Positions 12,801-27,800 of a DNA stretch of 64,000 nucleotides are shown here, piece by piece. The notes under the pieces were generated by a model. The model searched no databases. It was given only the letters and a program-made list of their open reading frames with translations, and was not told the DNA's origin. Location of the stretch: positions 16,492,001 through 16,556,000 of the forward strand of contig CM120641.1 in NCBI GenBank assembly GCA_051362555.1, in the 5' to 3' direction. The translations under genes were made by a program, and so were the position numbers. Position 1 is the stretch's first letter. Every line of letters starts with the position of its first letter. This stretch comes from Lingula anatina. Its lineage: Eukaryota; Animalia; Brachiopoda.

Positions 12801-15800
12801 AACAAAAGACTAGAGGAGGAAAACAGGCAAACGGTATGTGACCACCACTTTGTCTAGAACTGAGGCAGCATGCTGGTGATGAATTTAATGCATTCATATG
12901 TTTTAAGCAGTTTTGAGTAGTCGCATATATAGTACTAGATTGGTGCATATTGATATAGAATTGTTCTGTAGTTGAAAACCTTTCCTGTCTAGAGATTTCA
13001 ATTTTGAGAAAATTTTATTACACTGTCATAGATATACTAGTATATTTTCAAGGAAATGCTGGCAATTAGGCAATTCAACCAGTTTTTCATTTCTTTTCTG
13101 TAGAATCCTTAGACCATTGAGTTAGTTTAATTAGTACTAGATTTGTGATTTTTCATATGCTTATATTTTCTGTAAATGCTTCTGGAAAATAGAGGGTAAG
13201 TATTTTGTGTCATGCAATTGTAATTGCATGCTGTTCCCTGCAAAAATTTTGGAAATGTCCAGTTCTTCATGTTTGGTGTCACATTTTATTATCATGGCAA
13301 ACAGCCATTGAGATAAATATTTCCCTGTGTTGCTTAACACAAGAACCATTTGGCTGTAATGCATGTAGCTACACTTTGTAAATTGGCATGTTTGAGAAAA
13401 TGCCATCTTTGCATGTTCTGTGTTTTATTTTATGTGCTTTATTGATTGGTTTCCGTTGAAAATGTGTTGCTGATGAATTCATTGTCATGGTGACATTTTA
13501 GTTGTGAAAATGCATGTAAAAAGGCCATAGATTTACTAAGTGGCATCTCTTAGTCTCCATTACAAAGAAAACCAGTAAGTTGCCATATAAATAAAGACGT
13601 TACTGAAGGGGCATGCACTGATGTTAAGTACTCGAAGTAGATTATCAAGTTTTATGGTATTCATGTGATCACAATACATTGTTTTTTAGTTGTTCATAGA
13701 TACTGATATTGATCCATTTTTCTTAAAATGTAATCTATGTTGTGATGTTTTCTTAATCGGTTTCTCTCGTCACTTTTGTGAAGGCATTGATTTTTTTCTG
13801 TTGTATACTTCATGCTGTATATTTGCTGGCTGTTGATTTAACCCCATAGAGCCTGGCAGCATCTGACCTAGAAAGTGCCCTTGGTCCTGAGCCCTCTACC
13901 CAGATGCACTCAATTTTACAGGCGGCCTCATTTAATCAATGATAATGTATTTACTTGTCTAGAAAATACCTAAAAACTGTACATTTTAAAAAAGCCAAGA
14001 ATGTAAGCTTTAAAGTCATATCAGTTTTATTCACATTTGTTAACTTAGGTAGATATAGCAGGAGTTTAAATATGAGACTTGCTTTTCTCGAAGAGAAGTA
14101 AAAAACAAAAACTTTAATTTCAGCATGCACATTCTTTTTCACTTTACCAAATAATTTGTTGAAATTTTCTCATAAACATCCGAAATATGTCTTAAACAAT
14201 GTCAGAAAATTTCAGAAAGATATCTTATTTAGTTTTTGAGATATAATAAATTTTCTGGGATGCGTACTGTACCTAAAAACCTGCATCACGTCAGAAAGTT
14301 GCACAATATACAGGCAGGCTAGCTGACTAGAAGACTTCCACCTAATTACTTTTATAATTATAAAAAGATTGTAAATTGAGTGCTTTTTACGAAAGTTTTT
14401 CATAGTTTTTTTTTAATCAACTGAACCACGATACTCATAAAATTTTGTTTAGCACTCAAACCATATACAAGAATACAAACATTATCATGAGCAAATATTA
14501 CACTTTCGTGAATAAAAATTGCATCATAAAAATACAAGTAAACGTGGCATTTGTACTTATACACAAGCAGGAAAAGACATGTTGATACAGCGCACTAGTA
14601 AACATATTACATCTGTATTTAAATACACAAGCAGGAAAAGACATATGTTGATGCAGCACACAAGTAAACATATGTCATTGGTACTTAGACATAAGCAGGA
14701 AAAGACATGCTGATGCAGTACAACGTAACATATGACATTTGTGTTTATGCACAAGCAGGAAAAGACATGTTGATGCAGCACACAAGGCAACATTTAGCCT
14801 GACTTGCCACGGTTACAGTCATTTTATCAGCGATATAGCCATTCCAATTACTATTGTCGTCTGCTTGGTTACTGCCCTTAGTATCATCAGCGTTTTTCAT
14901 AAATCAAGCCCCACGTCCGAATCTGCTCTCTGACAACTCATACTAGGCAAGGTACATCATCTTTGAAGTTACCGGAGTATCAAAATCTATCAAGGACTCT
15001 TCCCCGAAGTCTGAATTTTCTAACAAATCTAAAACATTTCTCAACCCATAACTTCGTCTGACTTCTGGCCGCCATTATGACTTCATAGCGCCTCGACAAT
15101 GGTTGAAATAAACCGTTTTTTCATCATCTATTTCTCGCTACACGTCTTTCAAAAGCCGGTAGTAAACAAAAAACTAACATTAAGTTAGTCTTGTGATAGA
15201 AGCATGAATTGTTACAAAAGACAGGGGACAGTACAAGCATGTAAACACAGAAACCGCGTATATGCGGTTCCCGGCACTGAGGACTTTTTAAAACGAACCG
15301 CATATGTGCGGTTCCCGGCGCTATGGGGTTAAAGAGCATAATTAACTACATATAGGTTTATGTTTCCACAGCATAATGTCTGGTGATACACTGAATCAGT
15401 AAATATCCTAATACTACAGTGCATGTTAAAAATACAACATTATTTGTTTGAGCAGGATGGTGTATATTAATTTTTTTTTGTACTTGTATTATACCTGCTT
15501 GAATCTTCTCACTGACTGTGTCTTCGATTTTTGTCATAGCTGCAGTATATCTGTACCTCATAAAATCATGTAATATTATCACCAGTTCTGCATATAATCT
15601 CTTGGATTAGAAACTGTTTCCATCTAAATTCCAGATCTTTCTTCAGTGAAATTATATTTGGTAGACTGTACATGAGATAGGTACAATAAACTAGTGTAGC
15701 ACTTGTAATGGCACTTAATACATATGTTTGTATAACCACAAAACATAGACTTTCACTCTTTATTACACAATTACAAAGAAATGAACTTCACGAACAATTT

Positions 15801-18800
15801 TTTTTGTTACAGTTGGAGTCAGTGAGAAAGCATGCTGAGGTGCAGAGCCTGTCAGACAGCACCTCCTCCCAGCTGAGACAGCAGATAGAGAGCAGGCTGT
15901 CTGAGCTCAGGGACGTCCTGGTGGACCTGAGGGGGAAACAGGAGGGAGAGACGCAAGAGAGGAGAATGCTGGAACAAGCAGTGCAGAAAAAGTAAGAAAA
16001 GCTGACATAAAGGAAGGGTGTTTTTTTTTGTTTGTTTGTGATGTGTTTTTGATCACTATAACCAGCAAGGAGTATTTTTGTCCAACATGACTGATGCCTT
16101 GATTTGTGGTTTAGTGTTTTAGAGTCTTTGAGGTGTATGTCAAGTTGATATGACAAAATTAGCTATAATTATTCCCCTTAGAGTCTATCAAAAAATCACA
16201 TACTAAAGCAATAATAAATAGTTGTTCAATACTGAAATTTTGTAACAGTGTAGGTTGTAACAAAGGGAAAAAAGTTGTACCAAAAATAAGAGACCAATTT
16301 CTTCAAGTTCTTACATCTCCTGGATTAAATAATTTGATCATGTTTTGCATTCAGGATTTCAGAGCTGATGTCCAACATTGCTGAACAGAACAGAAAGCGG
16401 GAGGAGGCCATGCATGCACTGGATTCCATTCAGAGAGAGCGCGAACATGCAGCAGAAACTGAGAGAATCAAGCTCCAGGGCAAAATAGCAGAAACAGCTG
16501 AGGAAGTTAGCAAGAAAATACTCCAGAAAGAGATTAAGTTAAGGGAAGAATCACAGGAAAAATTTAATATGGTGGAAAAGGTATTTTAAGCCAAAATGCA
16601 ATTGAAATGATACTTTCAGCATTGAATTTATTTTATTTATTTTTTATTTTAAAACATAAGTACAACATAATCAAAGAAATTATAATTTCCTTAATAAACA
16701 AGAATAAAATGACTATGTTCTTCATATTTAGCACCATTATTTTTTTTAACTTTCTGTATTTTGTTCTTAGACTTCATTAGTGTTATAGCATTTCAAACAC
16801 ACTGAAATCTCTGTTATATAATCCTGATTGATCAACATATTTGTGCATATAAAAGAATCAATATATGTGCTCAAACTTCAGCTGATCTCCAATGAGCAGT
16901 CAGCCAGGATGGCATTTGAGAGTGATCTCAGGAGAGAGCTGGACAAGAGATGGGACTCAGTCAAGAAAAGCAATGAAGGAGATCTGCAGGCTGTCAAACA
17001 AGCTCAGAAAGTAAGTATATGTGATAATATGCAGAGGACTTTGGTTTTAGGTTGCATAAACCAGTCGTTTTTTTATTCTTACACAATTCTTTTGATCATA
17101 TATTAAGTGCAAAAATACACATTTGCTTATGTTATTATTTTTGTTTTAAATTTTTCTTGTTTACAAAACATCCCAGTAAATAGAAAAATGTCTTGTAGTT
17201 TTTGCAGACATAGTCTTTCATTTTCATTGTGTTAAAAAATTATACGTTGGGAAGAGTTCTTAAAGAAAAGTTTTTATTTTCAATGCTTTTGTACAAGAGT
17301 TTATTTTACATAATAGAGAGCAGTCAGTACAGTAAAAGTAAGTCATTGCATGTTGTGCATTGCCAATTTTCTTTATCTCTGGCTTAGGAGTCAGTATATT
17401 GTAAATATGGGAAAAATGGCTTTGTTTAAGTTACTGATCAAAGTGTATCGATTCCGTGATTATGTAAGTGAATGTTGAATTTTAGTTTGAGCCATAATTA
17501 ACCCAGTGACTAGGTGGATACATTTAACCAAGGGAAAAATTAGTGATTAACAATCAGCATGCATGTTGTTTTAGCATTACAGTTTTTGTTTCCATTTTTA
17601 TTTTGAATAGTTAAAGTGTACTAGCTTATTTCATTTATGCCCCAGTTTTAGAATGGTCCAGGGCAGAGAAGCAATTGCATGACAGCAGTGACAGAATTAA
17701 TCACTTTCCTTTCCTACTTTTGGTCAAAATGAAGATATTCCTTATTCAGCCAGGAACATTATGCCAGAAGCATAATACACTGATTCTCTCAGAGCAAAAC
17801 TTTTGTATCAGTTGCCTTATGAGTACATTAGATACATGAATCCTTTTGTTTTTTTATAAGCAATTTTGATTTAACGATACATGTATAAACTGATAATGTG
17901 TGGCTAGATTCTTGTCTTGATGAAAAATGTGTATTGTACAACTTCACAGTTGGAGCGTGCTAAGACCAGTGAAACCCTGCACAAGCTAGATGAGGCAGTG
18001 GACCTGTTGCAGGGACAGATTGAGCAGTATAAGAAACAACAAGAGAAACTGCTCTCTGCTGAGATCAAGTCAAGGTATATTACTGATGATAAGTATGATG
18101 ATGAAAACCTCTTATCACTTGCTTATTTTATTATTAATTATTCGATGTTTTAATTCAGAGTGAAAAAAGTGACTCAGATATTATTATTATTATTATTGTA
18201 GTCTGCTCAAGTTTTTTTTTCCTGTAAACACAAATGTCCAATATATATTATGTCTCACATAATTTCAGGAAAACACATGAGCGTGACACAAGGGAAAAGG
18301 TGGAGAATCTCCAGGAGAAGTTGGGTATTGCTACTTCTACACTGCAGGCAGCTGTGGGTGGAATTATGACCAAGTTGCAGACCGAATCAGATAGGGTGAG
18401 TATGTCTGGAAGGACTGCCCTGTCCTCTGTTTTACATTGTATTAACTTCTAAATTAGCCAAACATTAGTGAAATAATGACCCATGCCTAGAAAGCAGGAT
18501 GATGAGATGAAATTTGACTATGTATATATATATATATATATGAAATGTGTAATTTTTGTAAGACTTTTGGTCTGAGGCCATTTATAGAAATGTTTTACTT
18601 TTTTAACTTTTTTCATAGATGTCGCTTTTACTTGCAAATCATATTTATAGATATGATGTTCTCTTAAGTCCCTGGTCCCTGAAAAAAAAAGAAAGAAAGA
18701 AAGAAAGAAAGAAAAACTAATGAATTTTTGTTATTTGTTAGTTCCATTTTCTGCATTTTGTATCCACTTTTGTATGACCCTTTTCAGGTACATAAGAATT

Positions 18801-21800
18801 TTCAAAATATATGCATTAGTTACACAGTTTCTTAAATTTTTAATTAAGAAATAACACCAAATAAATTATTAGCATTAAGTGATACTAACCAAAATAGCAT
18901 TGTGCTCATTATAGATGTGTATTTGACATTCTTAGATGTGAAATGTATTCTTATAAATGTTGAATTTCAGCTGAAAGCTCAGATTGAAGAGCTTGAAGCC
19001 AGCCGAGGAAGAGAGTCTCAGCTCTCTCATCAAGTAATATGCATAATACATATAGGCTGCATGGTGTCTGATGCATTAATTTTTCATTTATTTTGCCTAC
19101 TGCATGCACATTAATGAATTATTTCATATTCACTTTCAGTGATAAAGTATATAATGTATCTAATGACAAGAGCATGTCATATATTGCTTGGAGTTCATAA
19201 TCATTGTTACGTTTATTGTATATATATAATATAACAAAGAATATAGTATGAGGAGGTGGATCCTCTCTATGATGTTGAATTAATTTCTTTATTGGCTGTC
19301 ATATTTTCTTTTTTTGCTGATGCTTATGATCTGGGAGAAGTTTATGTTACAACTGTGTATTAGTGTGCATATTGGTTACCTACTGGCTTTGCTTTTCGCT
19401 TCCTTTGCATTATTGCTTTTAAAAAAAGTGACATATTTAAGATGAATACAGTTTCACATGGGAACATGCCTTGTAACTTATCTCACCTGCTGTTGACATG
19501 AAGCATATTTGACAATAAGAATTGAAATACAGTTGCTCGTTTTTCCTCCAGTGGATTTTTTTTCAGTATTTTGAATACTTAATGCTTTTAGGCAGAAAGT
19601 TTTTATTTTTATAAAGAGAAGTATATTACTGCTTGGCCATATAAAATAAGGAAATAAAAATCCAAGAGCATGCAAGAGCTTAAATACTGTAATTTTACAT
19701 AAATATTTATTTAGGTTTTATCACATTAGTTTTTTCTAATGAGTGCTTATTACCATTTGTTGAGTTAGTTGATCATCAAGTTTACTGAAATCCTGACATG
19801 CCTTGATATAATCATTTAATACACAATGCCAGTCAATGCAAGTCCTGTTCATAATTAAATGTATACCCTCAATGTTTTAGTGTGTAAGGTCTGGTTTTGA
19901 GCTTTTGATTTTGAAAATCAAAGTGTTTTAAATTATATGGTTATTTGTAAAGATTCATTTTTGGTTTGTTATGTTGATAAGTCTGTGTGTTTACATGAAT
20001 GTTGATTAATATATGTTTCAACGTACAATTTTCTAGGGCAATACAGCTGCTGAGGAAAAGATAGAAGAGCTAAAACATGCTTTGCAAGAAGTGGAAGAAA
20101 AAGTAAAGTTTTGATGTTTTTTAACACATTTTTTCTTTTTTTCATATTAACATTGGATTTCTAGATGTCTTAGTTGTTGTATTTTAAAGATAGAAGTGAC
20201 ATTTATGGTAGAGGTGTTTTTCAGATACTGGAATTTTTAAACCAGGTAAAACAGTGGCTCATGGCCAGATATTAATAGATGGTATTATTTGTTGATTTGA
20301 GAGGTGCATGTAAATATTGGGGGGAGGGGGGTAAGTTCCTAAATTGTGCAAACATGAAAGTTGAAATAGACATATCTTAAGATGTACCTAAGATAAAGGA
20401 GTTTCAAAGCTGTTCCTAGATATTTTATCCTTGTCACACACAGCTAAAGCAGGAGGTGCAACAGGCTGCTATGAGTGAGGAGGAGAGGCATAGTAAGGCC
20501 CTGTCTGATATGCACTCTGAAATCTCACAGCTAAGAGAGAAACAGACACTCATTGAGGCTGCAGAGAAAGAGAAAGAGAAACAAAGCAAGATGCTTTCAG
20601 ATCTGCAAGATGAAATTGTACAGCTTAGGGAAAAATTGTTAAAACAGGTGCACCCTGGATTGCAGCATGCATGATTTAGTAATGATGATTTTTTTTCTAA
20701 GCATGTCTAGGGAATGTAGTCATCTAATTCTCATTAAAAAATACTCAATTATAAAACAGGAGTGAGGTTTTACATCTGTGTGTGGATTTGTCACAAGGTT
20801 GGTCAGTTATACTGTCCTATATTCAGACTTCAGTTCCATTTACTATCAATTTTTCAAATAATTTGAGCGATATTATTCTATTTTAAAGACATTATAATTT
20901 TCTGTGATTTATATTTAAAGTTTTAGAGCTTTTGTTTTAAGTTTTTTTTCCTATTTTATTTCAGACATTACTCTTTTCTCTCACATCACACTCAGACTTT
21001 ACTACATGTAGTAGATAGATTTGAGAGATTGACCAGATTGGCATGCATTTGAAGTGATGAAGTTGAAATGAGAACAATATAGAGTTATGATATATTAATG
21101 AAATAAAAAAAGATAATAACTATGTATGAAACTTAGAAATTTGATTAGATAAATATAGTGATTATTTTACATAATATGTTTTAAAATAATGTAACAATTT
21201 TAGACATTATTCAGTGATTTCATTATAACTGGGTTTGCAATCATCATGTAAACTTTATCAAATTAATGATTAAAGTTAAAAAAGGGTCACTGTATAACGT
21301 AAAGGTAACTTGTAGAAATATTAATGTAAGAATCTTTCAATCAGATGAGAAAGGAATTGACTAAGGTAGCAGAGGATGAGCAAGAGAGGAGCACTAAAAC
21401 TTTGCTAGGTATCCATGATAAAATCTCCAGGCTGGAGGAACATTTAGAAGGAAAGGTGTGTGAATGTGCTTCTGGAATTTATGCAATGGTTCTTCAGCAG
21501 CTTGAAATTAATGGCGTAGCATAAAGTAACAGTAGCATAATGAAAATACGGCTTGGGGGGGGGGGGGGGGGAGGGTTTAAGTTAGGTTTTTAGATTTTAC
21601 AAGTAAAATGTGGTTAGGAGTTACAAAAAACAATTGAAGTAGAACACCCTGAGTAGAATCAGTGCCTAGAAGTTACTATACTTTGGTTTATGGGTTTTTT
21701 ATTGGGACTTTTTATAGATGACAGAGATGACAAAAATGTCTGAGGATGAACAAGAAAAGAGCAATAATACTTTACAAGAGAAAATTGCAGAACTGGAGAA

Positions 21801-24800
21801 AAAATTGGAAGGAAAGGTGTATATAGATATACTTTGTTTATATGAGTGGTGTGGTGTGTTTTTGATATGTTTCTTTTAAGGAATGAAGATAAATTTAACT
21901 TGACAACTTTCAGAATCAGTGCCCCATCTTTGGATATTTTCATGACTTTTTTATGATATACTGTATGAATTATTTTATGGTGATGCCTGAAGCTTAGAAT
22001 ATTTCTCATTTCACTCAAAAGTTACATTACAACCAGTGAATGCATTTGTTACATATATATAATTTGTGTTTATGTGTTTTGAAAATAAACTTTACATTTA
22101 CAGCAAAATAAAGAGAGTTTTGACATTCAAATTTAAGAAAAAAGATGATATTTAAGCTGTATTTATTTATTAGCTTAATCGAGAGATATCAAAGATAACT
22201 GAAGATGAGCAGGAGAGAAGTGGTAAAGCCTTATCAGACCTTCATGATAAGATTTCACAACTTGAAGGAAATCTTAAGGCTAAGGCTGCAGTAAGTTAAT
22301 TCTGAAGTCAAATTGAGACACATTAGTTGAGTGATAGTACCCATGGGCATTGTCAACTGATTTTAATTTTTAAATAGTCAGTGAATTATAGTGTGCCCAG
22401 TTCCATATTTTATAGCATATAGGCAGATACATGTATGTCTTAGAGTATGCCTTGCTTGATAATAATGATAATCATAATCAGTATGCAGACAGGGAGCAAA
22501 ATAAAAGTATTGTTTGTTTTTATAGTTAACTTGGCTGTCAGAGTTTTTAAAAAAGCTGAACATATTAAGCTCAGTAGGTGGTGATATTTAGACCAGGTAT
22601 CTGTTCTGTTCCCAGGCTGAAATGATTGAGGAAATGAAGAAGACTATTGAGAGAGTGGACAAGAAAGTAATTAAGTTGGAGTACATTCTTGTGTTGTTTT
22701 TACACCTCTCTCTGTAATTACATGAGAATATAGTGAATTGAAATTTTGTTTACTGTAACATTTTAACCATTATTCACCTGTGTGACAATTTTATTCTGTA
22801 TTAGTTTGTTTCATGGTTATCTTCTTACTTTTCTTTTTCAGGTCCTTTATTATTGCATGCTGCTCCTATAAGAAAGTGCATTCTGGTCTTGATCATTTGT
22901 GAAATTTCAGACTTATTGCATGAAAGTTTTGTACTGTCATCTTTTCCAGTTTGTTTATCGACTTTTTACATTTCTAGATTCTTAGTATTATATCTATATG
23001 TGTGTCAGCAGTTCAGCTGAAATTCTGTGCAACGTTTATTTGCCTCAGTACTATTTTTCTGTTTCTCTTTTTACTCATTTTATTCTTTTGGTGAAAAATT
23101 GAAGGTCAGAATCTCTTCTGTAATTTCAACCCAACTTTCAACAAGTACTATGATTCACAATAGAAATTTTTACAGCCTTGCATATACAATCTTATTAGTG
23201 ATACTGAGGCCTTCATATATTTTTAGGTTAAAATTAAGTTATTTGAAATGGCCTGTTTTCATATTGGTAAATGTGTTGTGCATTCTTCTCACAGTTAAAG
23301 AAAGAAATGAAGAGCATAGCAGAAGAGGAGGCCCAGAAAAACACCCGTCTAATGGCTGACCTTGACACCAGGGTCACAGGCCTTAACTCCAAGATCTCCA
23401 ATGTAGAGGATTCACTTGAAGCTAAAATCACAGGCGTAAGTTGGTGAATGACAGGGTTTCTGGAGTGATTATGACTAACATTACTTTTTCATTAGGTCTG
23501 GTTGCAGTGGTGGTTTTCCGTTTCAGGTGATTGACATTGCCAAGTGTGCATGTGGCTGTTCTACATGGACAGTGATTTGGGCATGGTAAATGTCTCCAGT
23601 GTGCTGCAGTACAATTGTAACTCCATAAGTTTTATAGGGCTGATGACTGTTAATGTACACAAGCATATCTTGTGGCAAAAGATTTATTAATACAAATTTG
23701 GAAACCTGCTTGTACATTAACATGCCTACAACTTATAGAATTTATGGAGTAATTGCTGTGATATACATGTAAACTACAAAAACATAATTTGTAACTGTTT
23801 TGTTCAAAGATTAACCGTGTCTTATTTGAATTTTTTCTGCTGTCATAAAGGAGGAACTTGATAAACAGGTAGATTGATAAATTTAATATTTTTTTTAACT
23901 TCCTGCATGGTACTTTGTGGGTTCCATCTTTCCTGTTATTTAAACCCTGTAATATCTGTTTGAGATCCAAGTGAAATTGTCCAAACCATTTGCAATTGAA
24001 CTGAAAATATTGAATTGATTTTCATATTACATAAAACCAAGAAGAAGGTAAAGTACATGTTGTTTTCAAATGGTTTGAAAATCCAAACCAACACTTATGG
24101 ATAATGAACACACTGTAGTATATAATAAAAGCTGCACTTTAAATTATATCTAGGAGGTTTGGACAAATTTCACATTGTATCATAGTTGATGTTTTTTCCT
24201 TTCTTTTTTCCTGTGGTTATTTGTTGTCGATATCTGAAACATTTTGCCATATGTACTTTCTAAAGACAACAAGGATTGTTCTCTGTTTAAAAAAATGTAT
24301 CTCATTGAAGATAACCCCCCCTGGCAACCGCAACTCTGTTTTATGTTTCAGACAGTTTCTACACAATTTGAATTTTGTTCTAGAATGTGTGGCAAAATGT
24401 TTTGAACTTTTCAATTTTCTCCTTATTTCATTTATCATGTGTCCTTTACCCTGTGTGCTTAACTTTCCTCTTCTCCCTGTAGTCTTCTGCTGCTCAGGCT
24501 CAAAACATGAGAGAGAAGGTTGAGTCCATTTCTTTATGGCAAGACGTCACCTCTCAGAGCATAAGAGATATCCAGTATAAAGTACAGGAATTACCAATGG
24601 AAGTGAGTTGGGCAAATTGGGTTGAGCTTTCGATACCATGATGCTTGAATACAAGTCTCTAGAAATTTTCAGGCATTGGCTTCAGTCAAGTTGTCAGCTC
24701 ATTCTTTTTTCTATACAACTGCCATATTCCTATAACTTAGCTTCACCCTGCAATCTTATTACAGCCACTTTAGATTTTAGACATACTGGTTTTTGTACCC

Positions 24801-27800
24801 TTTTTATTTGTGTTAAACTATTAATAGCAGGAATGTTCATATTTAGCATCATGATTTACCATGCATTTTGCTTTTCTCTTGTAATTTCCAACTGCATTAA
24901 AACTTTTTTGATGCACATGCAATTGATTGTAAAAAGGGCTGAATGGAATTTTTTTCCTAGATATTTACCTGTATTTAACTTTTTTCTAAATGTGATACTA
25001 CACAACTAAATTGAAAATCCATTTGGAAAGACTTGGATTGTAAACTCATTGCCTATATTCAGGTGTACCAGCTCCAGGAAAAACATGAACTGCTGAAGTC
25101 TGACTTGACAGGGAAAGTGACTGCAGAGGCAGAGTCCAGGTACAGTATTAATGTGACAACACAGAAATTCATTATATACAAGCAATGGAGGTGTGTGAGG
25201 AAAAAAATACGTTTAGAGTCTAGTGTTGGTTTTTATGGAGAAAATTGGAATGAAGAATTATTAACACTGACATTAAGACGAAAACAGTGGAATTAATTTT
25301 TCAAAGTATGTCAACATTATGGAGAAAACTGGTAGAATTTTTTTCTTGAGAAAAAGAAAATAGGTATGGCATTATGAAATTGAAAATATTTGCTGTCATT
25401 ACGTATTTCAGGAAGCGAGATGTTGAAAACCTTAGGCGTGACCTGTCCAGGCTAGTGGCTGCCCCAGGTAAAGGTCTGGCTGGAGACAAGACTGCCACCA
25501 AGAGTGACTTTGATGCAGTGAGTACTCACTTTTGTAATAGTTCATTAAATATTACTTATGGCCTGAATTAAAGGAATGGAAAATATGAAAAAATGATTTT
25601 ATGATATAGAGTTGAGGTCTGTAGATTGATGTTACTGTATGACCACAGAAATTGATCACAGAATTAAGATCTTGAGATATTAGTATTAGTATGCAGTTGA
25701 ACTTCTTTAGTAAGAGAAACATGGATGTTGCATTTATTTGAATGTTTTTTAAAGTACAAGCTGAGAGAGGATATTGATGAGGTTTGTGGACTGTGATCAT
25801 TGTTCACTTTATTTTCATTTTATTAATTGTTGTACAATATACTTTTGTTCTATACTATTTGATAATTATGAATGTAACCTGTTAATAGTGATTTTTTTTT
25901 TATTATTATTTACCATTATTATTATTTTTTCATCTTTTGTTCTTTTTGTTTGTAACAGCCTCTATAAGTGTGTATACTCAATGCTTTACCTGGAAATAAA
26001 TTTACCTGCTAAGATCATCTAGTTTATCAGAATGACGATTGCTTTTATGCTCTGTCTTACTTCATATATTTTATGGTTTGCCTGGTGTAGTGTTGACTTG
26101 ATTCTCATTATCATTACCTTTCTTGAGGTTTTTGTTTTTAAAAGGACTTTGTTGAATTATTGAGACACATTAAAAATAAAATATATTGGAACTAATGCAC
26201 AATTGTAAAAAATCTTAATTTAACCACTCTCACTTTCATGTACACAAATATTCAGTTAATCAAATCCTGGTATAAAAAGAAATATTTTGACCAGATAAAT
26301 TTATATGAACTGAAATATTTCTGAACTATCATTTCTCACCGTTTGTTCCCACAGTGCCAGGAGAGTCTTCACAAGCTGGCAGAGTCAGTTCAGACCATTA
26401 AGACAGTCCTTGGCATGAAGATAGCCACAGAGTCTAAACTGGTATGTTGATTTACAATCCATCTGAGGACAAAGTTATTTAGGATGAAGGTGAAATTGTA
26501 CATTTTACTTTTATCAAAGATGTATGGGAAGAATAGAAATCTATTAACTGCATATGACTTATCATCCATTTATTTGTATATTAATATATGTCATCAGATT
26601 TATTATTATTATAAAAGGAATTTATTGGACAGGTACTATTCTCTTTTATGTATCATTTGATTTTTGACTCAATTTCAGATGTGATGGATTGATATGTTGT
26701 TAAACGTTGGCATGTTCTTAGCCATTTTTGCAGAGATATTTGAAATTTAACTTGTTTTTATTTACATACATTTTATGAAGTGTGTGATTTACATATGTTT
26801 TATTAAGTACGACAATAAGTTGTTCAAATAGACATTTTCAGATTAAAAGTAATGTTGACAACTTATATAAACTATGTTTCAATTTTAGATATTTTATTAC
26901 TATGTACCATTTTGTTATAACTTTACCACCCTAGAGAGAAACAAGCATAGGTTCTATGGAAAGAGAAATCGATCATCTCAAAGCACAAGTGTACAGATGG
27001 TCTTTGCAAGAAACGCTGAAAGATTCTCCTCAGCCCCACATAGATAGGGTTGAGACACCCCCAGATTGGAATGAGCCATTATTCATCCCACCACCCCCTG
27101 CAAAGGACAGCAGGGAGGGAACTCCTGAGCCCAAACATCAAAATTCTGCTCCACAAAGTCCTGTCCCTCCCTCAAGAGAGCAACCCAAGTCTGTGAGTCA
27201 CACACCCATTCAAAGCAGACAGCACACGCCCCTGCAGCCCACACCACCTCCACCAAAATCTGCAAGTCATGCTGCGACACCTAAACCACCACTAGGTGAT
27301 GCAGGTTCCCAAGCTGCCCCCTCTCCAAAGCCAGCAGAGTCTGTAGCTCCTGAAGAGCCAGAAAAGGATGATGATACTGATGATAATGATGGCAGCAAAA
27401 GTGAAACCAAACCTGATGACGAAAATCAAAACAAAACAGATGGGTCTAATGAAGATAAAACTGATGGTGTAAAAGGTGAAAGTGACCCAGAGGACAAAGA
27501 TAAAAAGGATGAGGATAAAGATAAAGATGAGGATAATGATGAAAATGATAAAGATGAAGGCAAGGATGAGAATGAACCCAGTAAGGACCCAGACTCTGGC
27601 CCAGATGATGCCAGTGGCAAAGATGATAGCAACTTGGATAAAGACAAGAAGGAAGGAGATGATCCACCACTTCAACAGGGAGAAGAAAATAAGCCAGAGG
27701 AACCACCCACTAAGGATGGTGGTGGTGGTGGTAGTCGCCCAGGCTCTGGGCAGGGGCCTGCAGAGGGTGGTGATAATAACAACCCAAGTGGTAACAATAA

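Noticed and set aside
14510-14792. CRISPR-like array
   Set aside because: The context is eukaryotic, the units are contiguous degenerate repeats without unique spacers, there are no cas genes, and it lies inside a piggyBac-type element.
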